NCBI GenBank assembly: GCA_965227515.1
Contig: CBDDFZ010000002.1
Span: 256,001-320,000, forward strand
Length of the DNA stretch: 64,000 bases
Origin: Alphaproteobacteria bacterium
GTDB lineage: Bacteria > Pseudomonadota > Alphaproteobacteria > CALKHQ01
Reading direction: 5' to 3'
The first letter of the stretch is position 1, and each line of letters opens with the position of its first letter. The translations under genes and the position numbers were made by a program. The notes under the pieces are model-generated. The model was not told the origin of the DNA. It searched no databases and was given only the letters and a program-made list of their open reading frames with translations. Positions 1-10,050 of this stretch are shown in pieces.

Positions 1-91
1 CCGTCATCTCTACTTCAACCCGGACAATCCGCCCCTGCCGACCGGCGAGCCGGCGCGGGACGTGAAGCCGACCACCTTCCAGGTGATGTAG
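1..91 (+). CDS. 3' end of a gene truncated by the window edge; product unknown, probably part of the glycan locus
   Basis: The frame from position 2 is open (RHLYFNPDNPPLPTGEPARDVKPTTFQVM) and ends with TAG at 89-91, 2 nt before the next GTG. Codon usage is GC3-rich. Confidence 0.6.
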   Translation, partial: RHLYFNPDNPPLPTGEPARDVKPTTFQVM

Positions 92-93
92 CC

Positions 94-720
94 GTGGCGA
101 CGAAGCAGGTTGAGTTCTGGCGTTCCGAGTTCGGTATCGACTACGCCCGGCGTAACGCGAACCAGATCACCGACGACGGCATGCGCCGGCTGATGCGCGA
201 CTGGGGCCGCATGCTGGCTCATGCGGTGACGCCGAAGCCGGAAAGCGTGCTGGAGGTCGGCTGCAACATCGGCCGCAATCTGCTGGCGCTGCGCCACTTC
301 GTGGAGCGGCTGCATGCGGTGGAGCCGAACCCGGCCGCGGTCGGCGAGGCGCGCGCGGCACCAGGCCTGGATCAGGCCGATATCCGCGAGGGCGCGGGCG
401 ACGCCCTGCCGCATGGGGACGCCAGCATCGACCTCGTGTTCACATCTGGCGTGCTGATCCACGTCGCGCCCGACGACCTGGGCCGGGTGACGGACGAGAT
501 CGTGCGGGTGGCGCGTCACTATGTGCTCTGCATCGAGTACTTTTCGCACGAGCCGGCGGAGGTGCGTTACCACGGCCGCGACGGCTTCCTGTTCAAGCGC
601 GATTTCGGCCGCTTCTACCTGGAGCGTTATCCGGGCCTTCGGGTGGTGGACTATGGCTTCCTGTGGCAGCCCTTGGACTCCAGCGACAACTCGAACTGGT
701 GGCTGTTTGCCAAGTCGTGA
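94..720 (+). CDS. Pseudaminic acid biosynthesis-associated SAM-dependent methyltransferase
   Basis: Motifs EFWRSEFGxDYxxRN, VLEVGCNIGRNL, DLVFTSGVLIH, LFKRDFG and C-terminal WWLFxK. Lies directly upstream of pseF/pseG/pseI. Confidence 0.85.
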   Translation: MATKQVEFWRSEFGIDYARRNANQITDDGMRRLMRDWGRMLAHAVTPKPESVLEVGCNIGRNLLALRHFVERLHAVEPNPAAVGEARAAPGLDQADIREGAGDALPHGDASIDLVFTSGVLIHVAPDDLGRVTDEIVRVARHYVLCIEYFSHEPAEVRYHGRDGFLFKRDFGRFYLERYPGLRVVDYGFLWQPLDSSDNSNWWLFAKS

Positions 721-1433
721 GCGATGCGCGGACCGACACGCTGTGCCTGATCCCGGCCAAGGGCGGCTCGACCCGGCTGGCGCAGAAGAACATCCGCAAG
801 CTGGGCGGCCGGTCGCTGCTGGCCTGGGCGGCCGCGGCGGCCCGCGACAGCGCGCTGTTCGAGCGCATCGTGGTCTCGACCGAGGACACGGCGGTCGCGG
901 ACGAGGCGCGGGCGCTGGGTCTGGACGTGCCGTTCATGCGCCCAATGGCGCTGGCCCGCGACCCGGCGGGCGTGGTGGACGTGGCGCTGCACGCATTGGA
1001 CGCGTTGGAGGCCGCCGGCACCGCATACCGGAAGCTGGTCATCCTGCTGCCGACATGCCCGTTTCGCACCGGCGATGACGTGCGTGCCGCCTGGGACCTG
1101 TTTCACGACCGCAATGCGGTATCGCTGATGAGCGTATCGGAGTTCGACCACACGCCGTTTGCCGCCCAGGCCATCGACGCGGACGGCATGCTCGTCGCGC
1201 ACTTCCCGCAGTGGTTCGGCAAGAAATCGCAGGAAATGCCCGCCGCCTACCGTCCCAACAGCGCGATCCACATCCTCGATGTCGACCGGCTTCGCGAGAC
1301 CCGGTCCTATATCGCGCCGCCGGTGCTGGCCTATGTGATGCCGCGCGAACGCTCGATCGATATCGACACGGCCGACGATCTCTATTTGGCGGAAGCGATG
1401 CTCGCGCGGCGGGCCGATGAGGGTGCGCCATGA
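717..1433 (+). CDS. pseF: CMP-nonulosonate synthetase (acylneuraminate cytidylyltransferase, PseF/NeuA family)
   Basis: Motifs LIPAKGGSTRLAQKN, IVVSTED, VPFMRP, LLPTCPFR and SIDIDT. The GTG start overlaps the upstream TGA (GTGA). Confidence 0.8.
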   Translation: MSDARTDTLCLIPAKGGSTRLAQKNIRKLGGRSLLAWAAAAARDSALFERIVVSTEDTAVADEARALGLDVPFMRPMALARDPAGVVDVALHALDALEAAGTAYRKLVILLPTCPFRTGDDVRAAWDLFHDRNAVSLMSVSEFDHTPFAAQAIDADGMLVAHFPQWFGKKSQEMPAAYRPNSAIHILDVDRLRETRSYIAPPVLAYVMPRERSIDIDTADDLYLAEAMLARRADEGAP

Positions 1434-2935
1434 TGCTGGTGATCCGCGCCGATGCCGGGCCGCAGATCGGCGCCGGCCATGTGGTGCGCAGCGCGGCGCT
1501 GGCGACGGCCCTCGTGGCGCGCGGCTGGCAGGCGACCTTCGCGGCAACCGCTGGGGCAGCGGCCAGCGTCAAGGCAGCCAGCGGCGGCATGCCGGTGCTG
1601 TCGCTGCACGGCCTGGCGGAGGACGAAGCCGCCGAGCTTGCCGCCGCCATGCCCGGTGGCTGCGACCTGCTGCTGGTGGACCATTACGGGCGCGGCGATG
1701 GGTTCGAGCGGGCGTGCCGTGGCTGGGCGCGCCGGGTCGCCGTGATCGACGACCTGCCGACCAGGCCGCACGCTTGCGACGTCCTCGTCGACCCCACCGC
1801 CGGCCGTGACCGTGCCGCTTACGGTGGGCTTGTGCCGCCCGACACCGACGTGCTGACCGGCGCCATGTACGCGCCGGTGCGACCGGCCTTCGCTGCCGCG
1901 CGATGGCGGATGGCGGCCGATGGATTGGCCGGCAGCGGCCTGGCAACCCGGATATTCGTTTCCTTCGGCGCCACCGACCCCGCCAACGGCTGCGGGCTGG
2001 CATTGGCGGCGCTGGAAGGGCTGGAGGCCGACGCCCCCATTCACATCGACGTTGCGCTGACCGGACTGGCGGAGCACCTGGACGACGTCCGCCAGCGCGC
2101 GGCGGTGAGCCGGCACGAGGTCCGCTTGTTGATCGACAGCCCGGACTACGTCGCCGCGATGGCGGCGGCCGATATCGCCATCGGCGGCGGCGGCAGTTCG
2201 GCCTGGGAACGCTGCATTCTCGGCAAGCCGACCGTCGCGATCCCGATTGCCGACAACCAGCGCGATGTTGTCCAGGCACTGGCCGTGGCGGGTGCCGCCA
2301 TCGTGCTGCCGTCGCTGGACGGGCGCGCACTGTGCGCCGCGGTCGCCGCGCTGGTCCACGACAGGCCCCGCCGCCGGGCGATGGCCGAGGCCGCGATCAG
2401 GCTCTGCGATGGGCTTGGCGTCGCCCGGGTGGCGCTGGCGTTGGGGTCACCGGCGCGCACCAGCCAAGGTGCCGCGATCACGCTGCGGCCAATGGCCGAC
2501 GACGATGCGCAGATCATGCTTTCCTGGCAGCGCGACCCGTCGACCCGGCGGCATGCGCGCGATCCGTCGATCCCCACCGAGGCGGAGCACGCGCACTGGT
2601 TCGGCCGCAAGCGCAGCGATCCCGCGTCGATCATCCATATCCTGGAGGTCGAGGGCAGCCCGGCCGGCGTGCTGCGCCTGGAGCATCGCCCGCACCTGGA
2701 CGGCTTCGAGGTCTATATCGTGGTGGCCAGCGCGTGGCGCGGTCAGGGCGTTGGCGACGCAGCACTTGGCTTTGCCCGCGACCTGCTGCCGGACCAGGAT
2801 CTGCACGCCTACATCCTGCCCGACAACGCGGCGTCGCGGCGGCTGTTCATGGCCGCCGGATACCGCCCACAGGCCGATTGCTGGTACGTCCAGCCGGCAC
2901 ACCCCCAACCGCAGGCCGAGCGTCGCCATGCCTGA
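1430..2935 (+). CDS. pseG: PseG UDP-sugar hydrolase fused to a C-terminal PseH-like GNAT acetyltransferase
   Basis: N-terminal [16 protein letters not shown], LLVDHY, IDDL, FGATDP and [10 protein letters not shown]-terminal GNAT region with EHAHWF, WRGQGVG and [12 protein letters not shown] overlap. Confidence 0.85.
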   Translation: MMLVIRADAGPQIGAGHVVRSAALATALVARGWQATFAATAGAAASVKAASGGMPVLSLHGLAEDEAAELAAAMPGGCDLLLVDHYGRGDGFERACRGWARRVAVIDDLPTRPHACDVLVDPTAGRDRAAYGGLVPPDTDVLTGAMYAPVRPAFAAARWRMAADGLAGSGLATRIFVSFGATDPANGCGLALAALEGLEADAPIHIDVALTGLAEHLDDVRQRAAVSRHEVRLLIDSPDYVAAMAAADIAIGGGGSSAWERCILGKPTVAIPIADNQRDVVQALAVAGAAIVLPSLDGRALCAAVAALVHDRPRRRAMAEAAIRLCDGLGVARVALALGSPARTSQGAAITLRPMADDDAQIMLSWQRDPSTRRHARDPSIPTEAEHAHWFGRKRSDPASIIHILEVEGSPAGVLRLEHRPHLDGFEVYIVVASAWRGQGVGDAALGFARDLLPDQDLHAYILPDNAASRRLFMAAGYRPQADCWYVQPAHPQPQAERRHA

Positions 2936-4037
2936 TCCCGCATCCATATCCCCCGCAGCATCCATGTCCCCGGCGGCCATATCCCCTGCAGCCGTTTCTA
3001 TTGCAGGGCGTGCCATCGGCCGCGACGAGCCGCCCTATATCGTCGCCGAGCTCTCGGGCAACCACAATGGCGACCTGGAGCGCGCCAAGGCGATCGTGAG
3101 CGCGGCGGCCGAGGCCGGCGCCGACGCTGTGAAGCTGCAGACCTATACCGCCGACACCATCACCATCGACCACGACGGCCCAGGCTTCAAGATCGAGGGC
3201 GGCCTGTGGCACGGCCGCACCCTGCACGAGCTCTATGACGAGGCGCATACGCCGTGGGACTGGCACCCGGCCCTGTTCGCGCACGCCCGCGCGCTGGGCC
3301 TCGCCATCTTCAGCGCGCCGTTCGACCACAGCGCCGTCGACTTCCTGCAGACGCTGGATGCGCCGGCCTACAAGATCGCGTCGTTCGAGCTGATCGACCT
3401 GCCCCTGGTGCGCAAGGTGGCGGCGACCGGCAAGCCGATGATCATGTCGACGGGCCTTGCCAATCTGGACGAGATCGAAGAGGCGCTGGCTGCGGCGCGG
3501 CAGGGCGGCGCGCGCGACATCGTCATCCTGCATTGCGTCAGCGGCTACCCGACGCCGGCCGGCGACGCCAATCTGCGCACGATCCTGGACCTTGCCGCCC
3601 GCACGGGCGTGCAGGTGGGGCTGTCCGACCACACGATGGGCACCGCGGTGTCGACCGCGGCGGTCGCGCTGGGCGCCACCATGATCGAGAAACACGTCAC
3701 TCTGGCGCGCGCGGACGGCGGCCCGGACTCCGCGTTCTCGCTGGAGCCGCCCGAGCTGGCGACCCTGGTCGCGGACTGCCGCACCGCCTGGCAGGCGCTC
3801 GGAGAGCCCACGTACAGCCTGAAGGGCAGCGAAACCGGCAATGTCGGCTTCCGACGCTCGCTCTATGTGGTGGCCGATATTCCACAGGGCGCGGAACTGA
3901 CCGCCGAGAACGTCCGCTCGATCCGGCCCGGCCATGGCTTGGCCCCGAAGCATCTGCCCGACGTGCTGGGGCGGCGTGCCGCCGTGGCGATATCGCGGGG
4001 GACGCCGCTGGCCTGGGACCTGGTCGCACAAGACTGA
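2928..4037 (+). CDS. pseI: Pseudaminic acid synthase (NeuB family, C-terminal SAF domain)
   Basis: Motifs [58 protein letters not shown] and RRSLY. SAF motif [12 protein letters not shown]. Confidence 0.92.
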   Translation: MPDPASISPAASMSPAAISPAAVSIAGRAIGRDEPPYIVAELSGNHNGDLERAKAIVSAAAEAGADAVKLQTYTADTITIDHDGPGFKIEGGLWHGRTLHELYDEAHTPWDWHPALFAHARALGLAIFSAPFDHSAVDFLQTLDAPAYKIASFELIDLPLVRKVAATGKPMIMSTGLANLDEIEEALAAARQGGARDIVILHCVSGYPTPAGDANLRTILDLAARTGVQVGLSDHTMGTAVSTAAVALGATMIEKHVTLARADGGPDSAFSLEPPELATLVADCRTAWQALGEPTYSLKGSETGNVGFRRSLYVVADIPQGAELTAENVRSIRPGHGLAPKHLPDVLGRRAAVAISRGTPLAWDLVAQD

Positions 4038-5689
4038 TGCTGATGCGCGCGACCCACGACTATTCGACCGCCTATGGCGGAACGTCGCTCGCGGATGCGC
4101 AGGGCGTCGGCCAGGTGCAGCCGCTCGATGCCGCGCTGTTGTCGGCCGAGACGCTTTCCCAATGGTCGGCGGGTTTCCGCTGGCCGGTTTCCGACGCCGC
4201 GTTCGATGGCTTCGCTTCAGCGGTGGCCGGGCGATTTCGCGATGCCGTGGCCGATGCCGAACCGGGTGACGCCGAACTGCTGTTCGCCGATTTCGGGTTC
4301 GTGGGTTTCCTGATCCAGCATTTCCACATCGTGGCCGCGGCCGCCGCCTTCCAGGCTGCCGGTACCACGCCCCGGGCAGGTGCCGTGACCGCCGGGCACC
4401 TGGACCCGGAGTGGGACAAGCTCGCTGTTGCGTTCCAGCGTCGCGCCCCCGTAGCGGAGCGCATCCGCCTGGCCGCGCGCGGCGCCGCAAAGGGCTGGTT
4501 GCTGAACCGTCACGCCGGTGCCGTGGCGCGTGTCGCCGCTGCAATGGGTGGAGGCCCGGTGGCGGTGGCCGGCAGCTTCTCGCCGTTGATGGCGGACATG
4601 CTGGCGGGCGAGGCCATGGCCGCGCACCACATCTACGTGGACCGATACTTGGCCGGAACGCGCCAGCCGGCACCGATCAGCGCCAGGCTGGAGGCCGCCA
4701 TCGACGACTTGCTCGGAAACATCGCCGCCGCCGGAGAGACGCATCTTGGTGCGACGGCCGACATGGCGCCTGCGCGCGCCTGCTGGCGCCGCCGGCTTGC
4801 CGACCTGGCGGCGATCCGCCCGCTGCTCGACCGCACGGTCACCGGCGCGCGGGGCCTGTTCCTAGCCAACCTCGGCAACCCGCTGCACCGGCTGATGGCC
4901 GCGGCCTGGCGGGCGCAGGGCAGGGAAGTGGTTGGCTTCCACCACGGCAACACCATGGGTGAGCTGCCCAACCCCATGACCGCGCTGGCCGAGCTGGATG
5001 TTTGCGACACCTTCGTCACGCCGACCGCGCAATCGGTGGCGTGGTTTGCGCGCATTCACGACGAGGGGCCGCACGTGCGTGACGTGCGGTTCGTTTCCGC
5101 CGACACGTCGCTCTACCGGGACTGGCGGCGGACGCTGTCGGCGCAGATGCAGACGCCTGCGAAGACCGTGATGGTGGTCGGCTTTCCGCTGTCGTGGCTG
5201 CGCTATCCCGCCCATGCCGCGCACTTCGCGCTGCTCCAGCTCGACCTGGAGTTCAGGCTGGTCGCCGAACTGCGCGCCCAGGGCTATCGGGTTCTGATGA
5301 AGGTGCACCCGGAATGGCGCGGCCTTGCCACCCGCCTGTGGGACGGCCACGCCGACGAGGTGCTGGCCGACCCGATGGAGGCGTGCTGGCAGCGCGCCGA
5401 TGCGTTCGTCTTCCCGCGCACGTCGTCGACCACGTTCGGCTTCTGCCTCTGCACCGACCGTCCGGTGGTGGTGCTGGATGTCGCCGCGCAGGCATGGCAC
5501 GCCGATGCGCGCGATCTGCTCGCGCGGCGCTGCGCGATGGTGCCCGCCCATGTGGATGGCGACAACCGCGTGCGCTTCGACCGCGACGCGCTGCTGGCCG
5601 CATTGGCGCAGCCCGCCACGGATATCGACTATGCCTTCGTTGAGCAGGCCATGTATCCAGCCGCAGTGCCAAGCCCCGAGGCGGCATGA
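4037..5689 (+). CDS. Hypothetical protein with a GT-B-like C-terminus; candidate nonulosonate transferase
   Basis: TGATG coupling to pseI. 550 aa. Motifs GFHHG, LMKVHPE and FVFPRTSSTTFGFCLCTDRPVVVLD resemble the HP and S/T-S/T motifs of bacterial CMP-sugar transferases. Confidence 0.55.
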   Translation: MLMRATHDYSTAYGGTSLADAQGVGQVQPLDAALLSAETLSQWSAGFRWPVSDAAFDGFASAVAGRFRDAVADAEPGDAELLFADFGFVGFLIQHFHIVAAAAAFQAAGTTPRAGAVTAGHLDPEWDKLAVAFQRRAPVAERIRLAARGAAKGWLLNRHAGAVARVAAAMGGGPVAVAGSFSPLMADMLAGEAMAAHHIYVDRYLAGTRQPAPISARLEAAIDDLLGNIAAAGETHLGATADMAPARACWRRRLADLAAIRPLLDRTVTGARGLFLANLGNPLHRLMAAAWRAQGREVVGFHHGNTMGELPNPMTALAELDVCDTFVTPTAQSVAWFARIHDEGPHVRDVRFVSADTSLYRDWRRTLSAQMQTPAKTVMVVGFPLSWLRYPAHAAHFALLQLDLEFRLVAELRAQGYRVLMKVHPEWRGLATRLWDGHADEVLADPMEACWQRADAFVFPRTSSTTFGFCLCTDRPVVVLDVAAQAWHADARDLLARRCAMVPAHVDGDNRVRFDRDALLAALAQPATDIDYAFVEQAMYPAAVPSPEAA

Positions 5690-7365
5690 ATGCGCCGATC
5701 GGACTGATGCGCGCGGAAATTGGCCTTGTCGAGGGCGAGGGCGGCTGGCGGCGGCTGGATGCCAACGGCACGGGTTTCTGGATGCAGGGCTATGAGCAGA
5801 CCCGCGATGCCCGGGCCCTGGCGGCCGAAGCGGCGGGCGTGGCGGCCGATCCCGACCGGTTCGCCGAATGGCTGCGCGGTCTGGACGGTTTCTTCGCGAT
5901 TGTGGTCGAGGGGCCGGGATGGACGGCGGCAGCAGTCGACCGCGTGCGCAGCTCAGCCCTGCTCTACGCGCCGAACGGCGCTGGCGCGTCGATCGATCAG
6001 TCGGGGCCGCGGCTGGTGGCAAAGCTCGGCCTGGGGCCGGAAGATGCCGACCCGGACGGTACGGCAGCCATCGCCACCGCGGCTTTCAGCATCGGCGCCG
6101 ACACCGTCTATCGGTCCGTGCGCCAGCTCCTGCCCGGCCAGTTCCTGCACGTGAGCCCGGCGGGATTGAAGGTCGCACACTACCATCAGTGGCGGCCGTG
6201 GCAGCCGGTCGACGCCGACGCCGAGGACCTGGCCAGCGACCTGGCGGCGCTGCACGAGCGCCTGATCGACAAACTGATTGCCAGTGCCGGCGGCCGGCCG
6301 ATCCTGATCCCGCTGTCGGCGGGACTGGACTCGCGGATGATCCTCTCCGGCCTGGTCGCGGCGGGCTACAAGAACCTCCGCACCTTCGCGTATGGCCTGG
6401 ACGGCAACCGCGAGGCCATGGTCAGCCGGGATATCGCCAAGCGCCTGGGCGTGCCCTGGGACTTCGTGCCCTACACCATCGGCCGGCAGCGGCGCGCCAT
6501 GGCCAGCGCCCGCCACCGCCGGTTCGAGGACTACGCCGACAATCTGGTCGGCATCCACTTCCCGCAGGACTATCTGGCGGTCACCGAGATGGCGGCGCGC
6601 GGTTTGGCCCCGCCCGAGACCATCCTGATCAACGGCCAGTCCGGCGACTTCATCACCGGTAACCACATCCTGGCGCCATTGACCGAACCGGCACCGGAAT
6701 TGTCACCGGAGGCACGGCGCGATCGCGTCGTGGACACCCTGGTCGGCAAGCACTTCAAGCAGTGGGGCGCACTGCGCGAGAGCCCGGCCGTGGCGCGGGT
6801 GCGGCGGCGGCTGGCGGAAGAAATCGCGGCCATCGGCGGCATGCCGGACGATCCAGCCGGCGACCACGGCATCTACGAGTATTCCGAGTTCATCGACCGG
6901 CAGTCGAAATACGTCATCCACGGCCAGCGCTGCTATGAGTTCCTAGGCTACGACTGGCGGCTGCCGTTGTGGGACCGCGACTATCTCGACTTTTGGGAGC
7001 GCGCACCGCTCAGCGCCAAGCGCGGGCAGAATCTCTACCGCACGGTGCTGGAGCGAATGAACTGGGGCGGCGTGTGGCGCGACATCCCGGTCAATCCATT
7101 GCGGGTGCGGCCGGGTTGGCTGGTGCCGATCCGCCTCGCGGTGAAGGCGGCGCACGCGCCCTTGGGCAAGGCGCGCTGGCATCGGTTCCAGCGCCGTTAT
7201 CTCGGCTACTGGATGGCGCCGATCTGCTCATTCGCGCCGTGGCCCTACGGGCGCATCGTGCGCGACCGGCGCGATGCCGCCACCGCGCTCGGCTGGTATG
7301 CCGAGACCTATCTGAACCGCAAGGGCATCGGCTGGGACGGCGCGCCGCTGGCACGTCATGGCTGA
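5686..7365 (+). CDS. Asparagine synthase-related amidotransferase lacking the N-terminal catalytic Cys
   Basis: Motifs LDGFFAIV, AVDRVRS, PP-loop IPLSAGLDSR, NGQSGDF and WRLPLWD. The N-terminus reads MNAPIG rather than MCGI. Confidence 0.75.
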   Translation: MNAPIGLMRAEIGLVEGEGGWRRLDANGTGFWMQGYEQTRDARALAAEAAGVAADPDRFAEWLRGLDGFFAIVVEGPGWTAAAVDRVRSSALLYAPNGAGASIDQSGPRLVAKLGLGPEDADPDGTAAIATAAFSIGADTVYRSVRQLLPGQFLHVSPAGLKVAHYHQWRPWQPVDADAEDLASDLAALHERLIDKLIASAGGRPILIPLSAGLDSRMILSGLVAAGYKNLRTFAYGLDGNREAMVSRDIAKRLGVPWDFVPYTIGRQRRAMASARHRRFEDYADNLVGIHFPQDYLAVTEMAARGLAPPETILINGQSGDFITGNHILAPLTEPAPELSPEARRDRVVDTLVGKHFKQWGALRESPAVARVRRRLAEEIAAIGGMPDDPAGDHGIYEYSEFIDRQSKYVIHGQRCYEFLGYDWRLPLWDRDYLDFWERAPLSAKRGQNLYRTVLERMNWGGVWRDIPVNPLRVRPGWLVPIRLAVKAAHAPLGKARWHRFQRRYLGYWMAPICSFAPWPYGRIVRDRRDAATALGWYAETYLNRKGIGWDGAPLARHG

Positions 7366-8101
7366 AGATTTCACGGCGGCCGGATACCGCGCGCTGGTCG
7401 AGGCGCTGTTGGCGCGTGGCTATGAGGCCATAGGCTATGCCGATGCGGACCCCGACGCCGCGCACCTGATCCTGCGCCACGACGTCGATATGTCGTTGCA
7501 GGCGGCGGTCGCGCTCGCCGAGGTCGAGCGCGCCATGGACGTATCGGCGCACTACTTCGTGCTGCTACGCACCGAGATGTACAATCCGCATTCCGCGGCC
7601 GGCCAGGCCGCCGTGCGCCGGCTCGCAGCACTTGGTCACCGGGTTGGATTGCATCTGGATGCGAGCCTTTATGAGGCCGACCTGGCGTCGCTGGACCGCG
7701 CCGCTGCTGAGGAATGCGCCATTCTGGAGCAGATCGCCGGGGCGCCGGTCGATCTCATCAGCTTCCACCGCCCCGCCCCTGCCCTTCTGGGCCATCCGGC
7801 ACGGCTCGCGGGCCGGCGTCACGCCTATGAGCCGGCGTTCTTCGCGGACATGGGTTATTGTTCCGACTCGCGCGGCGGTTGGCACCATGGCCACCCCTTG
7901 GACCACGAGGCGGTGGCCGAGGGGCGTGCCCTGCAGCTTCTGACCCATCCGATCTGGTGGGTCGGCGAGCGTGCCGCGCCGGTGCAGGAGCGATTGGAGG
8001 GTTTCGCCGCCGCACGGCACCGCCTGCTGCTCGACCAATTGGCGCGCAACTGCTCTGCGTTCGACGCCGACGCCGACGCCGCGGCCGCAAGGGTTCCATG
8101 A
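7358..8101 (+). CDS. Polysaccharide deacetylase-like protein
   Basis: Motifs LILRHDVD, GHRVGLH, SFHRP, YCSDSRGGW and LQLLTHPIWW. Confidence 0.7.
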   Translation: MAEDFTAAGYRALVEALLARGYEAIGYADADPDAAHLILRHDVDMSLQAAVALAEVERAMDVSAHYFVLLRTEMYNPHSAAGQAAVRRLAALGHRVGLHLDASLYEADLASLDRAAAEECAILEQIAGAPVDLISFHRPAPALLGHPARLAGRRHAYEPAFFADMGYCSDSRGGWHHGHPLDHEAVAEGRALQLLTHPIWWVGERAAPVQERLEGFAAARHRLLLDQLARNCSAFDADADAAAARVP

Positions 8102-9066
8102 CGACGCGCAATGACATTCCCCTCTTCGACGTTGCGGTCGCGCCGTTGGACGAAGCGGCCGCGCTCGCCGCGCTGGCGGAGCATGGGTTCATCGTGCTGC
8201 GCGGGCTGTTCGCCCCCGATGCCCTGGCCGAGGCTAACGCGCGCATCGACCGTTTGGCGTCGGTGCCGGCGGTCGCGGGTGTGCCGGGCTACAACAAGGT
8301 CGACCACCCCAAGAAGCTGATGAGCCCGTTCGTCGCCGGCGGCGCGCTGGTGCCGATGTGCCTGGACGAGCGGGTCATCGGCCTGGTCGAGACCTATATG
8401 GCGTCGGAGTGCGTGCTGGCCGAGGCGAATGTGAAGATCGACGCCGGTGTCGGCTACACCTATTTCGACATGCATGCCGACTTCTCCGAGGGCTGGCGCA
8501 AGACGGCGGACGCCGAGACGGCGCTGACCGCCGACGACATGAAACAGCCGGTCGGCGTGGGGGCTGCGGTCTATATGCACGACACCGCGGAGGGGGCGTT
8601 CTCCTACTGCGCCGGGACCCACAAGATGATGGCGCCGCGCGGGCCGGACCTTTCGGCCTATCCCGCCGACGAGCGGCGTTCGATCATGGACAAGCGCGTG
8701 CGGGTGGACGGCCGGGCCGGCGATCTGGTGCTGTTCGACGACCGTGGCTTCCACGGACCCGACCAGCCGTGCCGCAAGAGCCGCCGCGTCATCTTGCTGG
8801 ACTACTACCGGGTCGCCACCTTCGGCCACACGCAGGTATCGCCGATGCAGGTGTGGTCGAACGACCTGGGCGGCCTGTCGCCCCGCCAGCTTCGCGTCCT
8901 GGGCGTCGGTGCCGACTACATGGTGGCGCCGCAGGACTACATGGGGACGCGGTTTCGCCGCAGCGGCATGTATCGGCCGGTGCGGATGCTGATCGAGAAC
9001 GCCTATCTGTGGCACCACTTCAAGCAGAAGATCAAAGCGTCGCTGCGCGGCGGCGCCAGGAGGTAG
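8098..9066 (+). CDS. Phytanoyl-CoA dioxygenase (PhyH) family 2OG-Fe(II) oxygenase
   Basis: HGFIVLRGLF, the HxD motif (MHAD), AGTHK, AGDLVLFD, distal His in GFHG, and SRR. ATGA overlap at 8098. Confidence 0.75.
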   Translation: MTTRNDIPLFDVAVAPLDEAAALAALAEHGFIVLRGLFAPDALAEANARIDRLASVPAVAGVPGYNKVDHPKKLMSPFVAGGALVPMCLDERVIGLVETYMASECVLAEANVKIDAGVGYTYFDMHADFSEGWRKTADAETALTADDMKQPVGVGAAVYMHDTAEGAFSYCAGTHKMMAPRGPDLSAYPADERRSIMDKRVRVDGRAGDLVLFDDRGFHGPDQPCRKSRRVILLDYYRVATFGHTQVSPMQVWSNDLGGLSPRQLRVLGVGADYMVAPQDYMGTRFRRSGMYRPVRMLIENAYLWHHFKQKIKASLRGGARR

Positions 9067-9074
9067 ATTGCGCA

Positions 9075-10046
9075 ATGGCAACGCTGGCCCATAACATTTC
9101 CCGCCTCATGCCGGCGCCGATGGCGCGCAGCCTGCAGCCGCGCTGGCACCGATGGCGGGACACCGCCCTGTTCCTCACCAAATACGGTGGGCGATTGCGC
9201 TACGACCACGACCTGGATTGCCGGATCGCGGCGCGCAAGTTCGACGACCGTTGGATGGAGATCGCCGTCCGCTCGTACCGCGAGCTCAGGCGCTTCCTGC
9301 AATTCGGCGCCGACCCGAACGACATCCTGCACACATGGCTGCACGAAATCCGCGACGTCGAAGTGATGTACGACGTCGGTTCGGCCAACGGGCTGGAGGG
9401 CTTCCTGGTCCACCACCTGCACCGCGCCCGCATCGTGTTCATCGAGCCCTACACGCCCAGCATCGAATCGCTGCTGAAGACGCTCTACCGCCAGTGCCAG
9501 ACCAGCGGCGTGAAGGCCGAGGACTTCGATATCGTCCATGCCGGCTGCGACACCACCACCGGCTACAGCCGCCACATCTATCACTCGCTGCCGATCCCCG
9601 GCGAGACCGGCAACAGCTTCGCCGACCCGATGGCCTATTGCCGGGGCGGCAAGGGGCACCTGCCGGTGACCATGGGCCAGTGGACGGCCTCGGTCTCGCT
9701 GGACAGCCTGCACTGGGACTACGGCCTGCCGCTGGCCACCCACGTGAAGATGGACATCGACGGGTTCGAGAACCGGGCCATCGAGGGCGCGCAGAAGCTG
9801 CTGGCCACCGGGCACGTGAAGTCGTGGGCGCTGGAGCTGAGCGGCGAGGAGAACGTGGTGTCGATCAGCAAGGCGATGACCGATCACGGCTATGTCGAGG
9901 TCGCGTCATGGGAGCACTATCCCGACTACGAGCACTACACCGGCGACCACGTCTTCGTGCTCGAGGCGGATGCCGACAAGTGGCGCAAGCTATTCGCCGA
10001 GCGCCATGGCACGCCGTCGGTGGGGAATGCCTACGTTGGGCGCTGA
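9075..10046 (+). CDS. FkbM family methyltransferase
   Basis: SAM motif YDVGSANG, FIEP, SLDSL and HVKMDIDGFE. Confidence 0.7.
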   Translation: MATLAHNISRLMPAPMARSLQPRWHRWRDTALFLTKYGGRLRYDHDLDCRIAARKFDDRWMEIAVRSYRELRRFLQFGADPNDILHTWLHEIRDVEVMYDVGSANGLEGFLVHHLHRARIVFIEPYTPSIESLLKTLYRQCQTSGVKAEDFDIVHAGCDTTTGYSRHIYHSLPIPGETGNSFADPMAYCRGGKGHLPVTMGQWTASVSLDSLHWDYGLPLATHVKMDIDGFENRAIEGAQKLLATGHVKSWALELSGEENVVSISKAMTDHGYVEVASWEHYPDYEHYTGDHVFVLEADADKWRKLFAERHGTPSVGNAYVGR

Positions 10047-10050
10047 ACCG

